A stretch of DNA of 64,000 bases, from the IMG/VR virus record IMGVR_UViG_3300046526_000553, positions 1-64,000 of that record. One strand, written 5' to 3'. Positions 61,788-64,000 of this stretch are shown piece by piece. The notes beneath the pieces were generated by a model. It did not search any database. It had not been told where the DNA came from and saw nothing but the letters and a program-made list of their open reading frames with translations. The stretch is from a virus (Duplodnaviria > Caudoviricetes). The translations under genes and the position numbers were made by a program. The first letter of the stretch is position 1. Each line of letters opens with the position of its first letter.

Positions 61788-63407
61788 ATGAGCGGTAAAA
61801 AGATTTTCTATGGCGATGATGCACGCCAACGAGTACTTGCAGGAGCCAAAATCGTCCACGATACAATAGCAGGAACATTGGGTCCCCGTGGGCAGAATGT
61901 CTTACTCGGAAAACATGGTAGCGCACCCATAATTACTAAGGATGGCATAAATGCAGTTAAGTCTATCACTATCGATGACATTGACGATGAAACCCTTGGG
62001 TATAACGTCGGTATTGAACTAGTTAAAAGTGCTTCAGGGTCAATGGACAAGGTTGGTGATGGCTCAACGACTGTTGCCATCTTAACCTACCACATACTGA
62101 ACGAAGCTAATAAATTAATCGCAGCAGGCTATAATCCAGTCGAACTTCGTAAGGGAATTGAAAAGATTTCTGAATCCCTAATAAAAAGATTGGATAAATA
62201 TAGCGAAGATATCAGTGATAACTCAGAGAAAGTAGCCCAGATTGCCACTATTTCATCAGGTGACGCCGAGGTAGGTAAGCTTATCGCTAATGTCATTAAA
62301 AGCATTGGTGCTGATGGTACAGTCACTGTCGAACCCGGCCAAGGCTTTGGCATGGAACATGAGATAACTGAAGGCTACACCTTTAACAAAGGTTATGCCA
62401 GCCCATTTATGGCTACTAATCAAACCACGATGGAAGCTTCCTATAAAAATGTTCCTGTTTTGGTAACTGATGCAAAGATAACTTCAGCTCAAGATATTAT
62501 TCCTCTACTTGAGTCCATGAATTCCGAAGGCAAACATGACCTCGTTATTATTGCTGAAGATATTTCTGGAGACGCCCTTGGAATGCTGATTTTTAATAAA
62601 GCTAAGGGAGCCTTTAACACGGTTGTTATCAAAGCGCCTTCATTTGGAGACCGTCGCCAACAACTACTCGATGATATAGCTATCATTACGGGTGCCACCT
62701 TCATCTCATCCGAACGTGGTCAATTGCTATCTAAGGCTGAAATATCTGATTTGGGTACCGCCAAGCAGGTTATTGTATCAGCAGATAAAACGACTATCAT
62801 TGATGGTCAGGGTGCGCCAGAAGACATTCAGAACAGAAGCGATGAGCTCGATGCTCTTGTCAAAAAAGCAGGCAGTGACTATGATAAAGAATTCCATGAA
62901 CACCGTCGTTCCTCATTACATGGTAAAGTAGCTATCATCAGGGTTGGCGGTACCACCGAAACAGAGATTGAAGAGAAGAAATTCCGAGTTGACGATGCTG
63001 TTGCAGCAGCTAAAGCAGCAGTGAAAGGCGGTATTGTACCCGGAGGAGCCATCACGCTTGTCAATGTTGCCTCAGATTATGTTGATACAAGCATAAATGA
63101 AACTACTGAAGACCGTATCGTGCTAAATGCAGTTGAGCAACCATTCCGTATCCTACTGCAGAATGCAGGATTTAATCCAGATATTTGGCTACAACAAGTC
63201 AAAGAAAAACGTGGCTGGGGTGTAGACGTTAGGGATTTAGGCGTTTTAGTAAACATGAAATCCGCAGGGATTATAGACCCAACCGATGTAACTCGTAATG
63301 CACTACAATTTGCAACTTCAATAGCAGCCACCGCTATCACCACAGGTAGTATGATTGTGGATATCCCTGAAAAAGAAGAGCTTAACCCACAAGCTCAACT
63401 GGCTTAA
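61788..63407 (+). CDS. groEL: Chaperonin GroEL (divergent)
   Basis: TLGPRG.NV, ITKDG, GDGSTT, KAPSFGDRR, GGIVPGG, GIIDP..V. Confidence 0.97.
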   Translation: MSGKKIFYGDDARQRVLAGAKIVHDTIAGTLGPRGQNVLLGKHGSAPIITKDGINAVKSITIDDIDDETLGYNVGIELVKSASGSMDKVGDGSTTVAILTYHILNEANKLIAAGYNPVELRKGIEKISESLIKRLDKYSEDISDNSEKVAQIATISSGDAEVGKLIANVIKSIGADGTVTVEPGQGFGMEHEITEGYTFNKGYASPFMATNQTTMEASYKNVPVLVTDAKITSAQDIIPLLESMNSEGKHDLVIIAEDISGDALGMLIFNKAKGAFNTVVIKAPSFGDRRQQLLDDIAIITGATFISSERGQLLSKAEISDLGTAKQVIVSADKTTIIDGQGAPEDIQNRSDELDALVKKAGSDYDKEFHEHRRSSLHGKVAIIRVGGTTETEIEEKKFRVDDAVAAAKAAVKGGIVPGGAITLVNVASDYVDTSINETTEDRIVLNAVEQPFRILLQNAGFNPDIWLQQVKEKRGWGVDVRDLGVLVNMKSAGIIDPTDVTRNALQFATSIAATAITTGSMIVDIPEKEELNPQAQLA

Positions 63408-63414
63408 TAGATAA

Positions 63415-63615
63415 TTATTTGATATTTTTTAGGACAGGCATCCCGGTCCTGGCCGTTTGGTACACTTCCTTACCATCCGGTAAATCACATGATGTATCAG
63501 GCCTCAAATCCCTAGAGAAATAATATATAACAGAAGTTTTCCCGTTCTTAAGTTGAATCTGTTTAGAGTTGAGGTGGTATTCTACACCTTTTGTATTCGT
63601 GTAAGTGTAAGCCAT
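63415..63615 (-). CDS. Small hypothetical protein
   Basis: MAYTYTNTKG..Y.L...IYYF...DLP...G.PVLK; RBS AAGGAG. Confidence 0.75.
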   Translation of the reverse strand: MAYTYTNTKGVEYHLNSKQIQLKNGKTSVIYYFSRDLRPDTSCDLPDGKEVYQTARTGMPVLKNIK

Positions 63616-63789
63616 GTTTTTCTCCTTATTAACTGATTATTCCTATAGCCTACCAATAAACATGGGATAATGCAAGTATCTCCCTTGCAAAATAGCCAAT
63701 GATGGTGTATACTCAAACAATGACATATAAATATGGTGAACGATATATACAGCGGTGGACACTATTCTCCAACCCCTATGCATACAATA

Positions 63790-63986
63790 AAATGCACAGT
63801 AGAATAAAGAATAAACTGAATAGCTACTCAGGGTTATTCACTCAAATAGGTATTTTTATTTTGGGTATATACCTATTCTTTGCCTTTCTATTCATGCCCA
63901 TGATTGCGCTTGCATACACGGTCAGCACTCCCATATGCGGAGAACATTGCCAAGTTCATAAAGCCAGTTCATTCATCATGAATTGA
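63790..63986 (+). CDS. Possible small membrane protein (start uncertain)
   Basis: One hydrophobic segment and a C..HC motif. Confidence 0.4.
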
Positions 63987-64000
63987 AGCAAGCTATAAGG

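Noticed and set aside
1-64000. Alternative genetic code or tRNA genes
   Set aside because: Long ORFs are intact in code 11 and all three stops end genes; no tRNA cloverleaf was noticed.

Overview
This window is the virion morphogenesis region of a large HK97-type long-tailed (siphovirus-like) phage or prophage, read with standard code 11. Structural genes run on the minus strand: portal (fused to a MuF-like domain), a ~19 kb block of Ser/Thr-rich fibre and beta-helix genes including a 2479-aa repeat protein, an extended prohead protease, major capsid, head-tail connectors, tail tube, tape measure and tail-tip genes. No terminase is in the window. Insertions include a ~12.5 kb glycan-synthesis island (7 glycosyltransferase genes, 4 methyltransferase-like genes, an NDP-sugar epimerase/RmlC/RmlD trio), about 7 homing-endonuclease-type genes, a Mom-like DNA-modification gene, an internally deleted IS1595 element (TIRs and 8-bp TSD) and a divergent groES-groEL pair. 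Manual reading shows several things the ORF track misses: (i) a ~515-nt highly structured candidate ncRNA with its own promoter and terminator, plus three smaller ones; (ii) 13 promoters in front of minus-strand morphogenesis-region genes that all have an 18-bp spacer, while inserted genes use 16-17-bp sigma70 promoters; (iii) a tail assembly chaperone with an intact -1 frameshift site that is inverted relative to the tail genes; (iv) two probable non-canonical starts (ACG, ATT). GroEL suggests, by recollection only, a Saccharibacteria/CPR-like host. All family calls come from motif recognition, not database searches.
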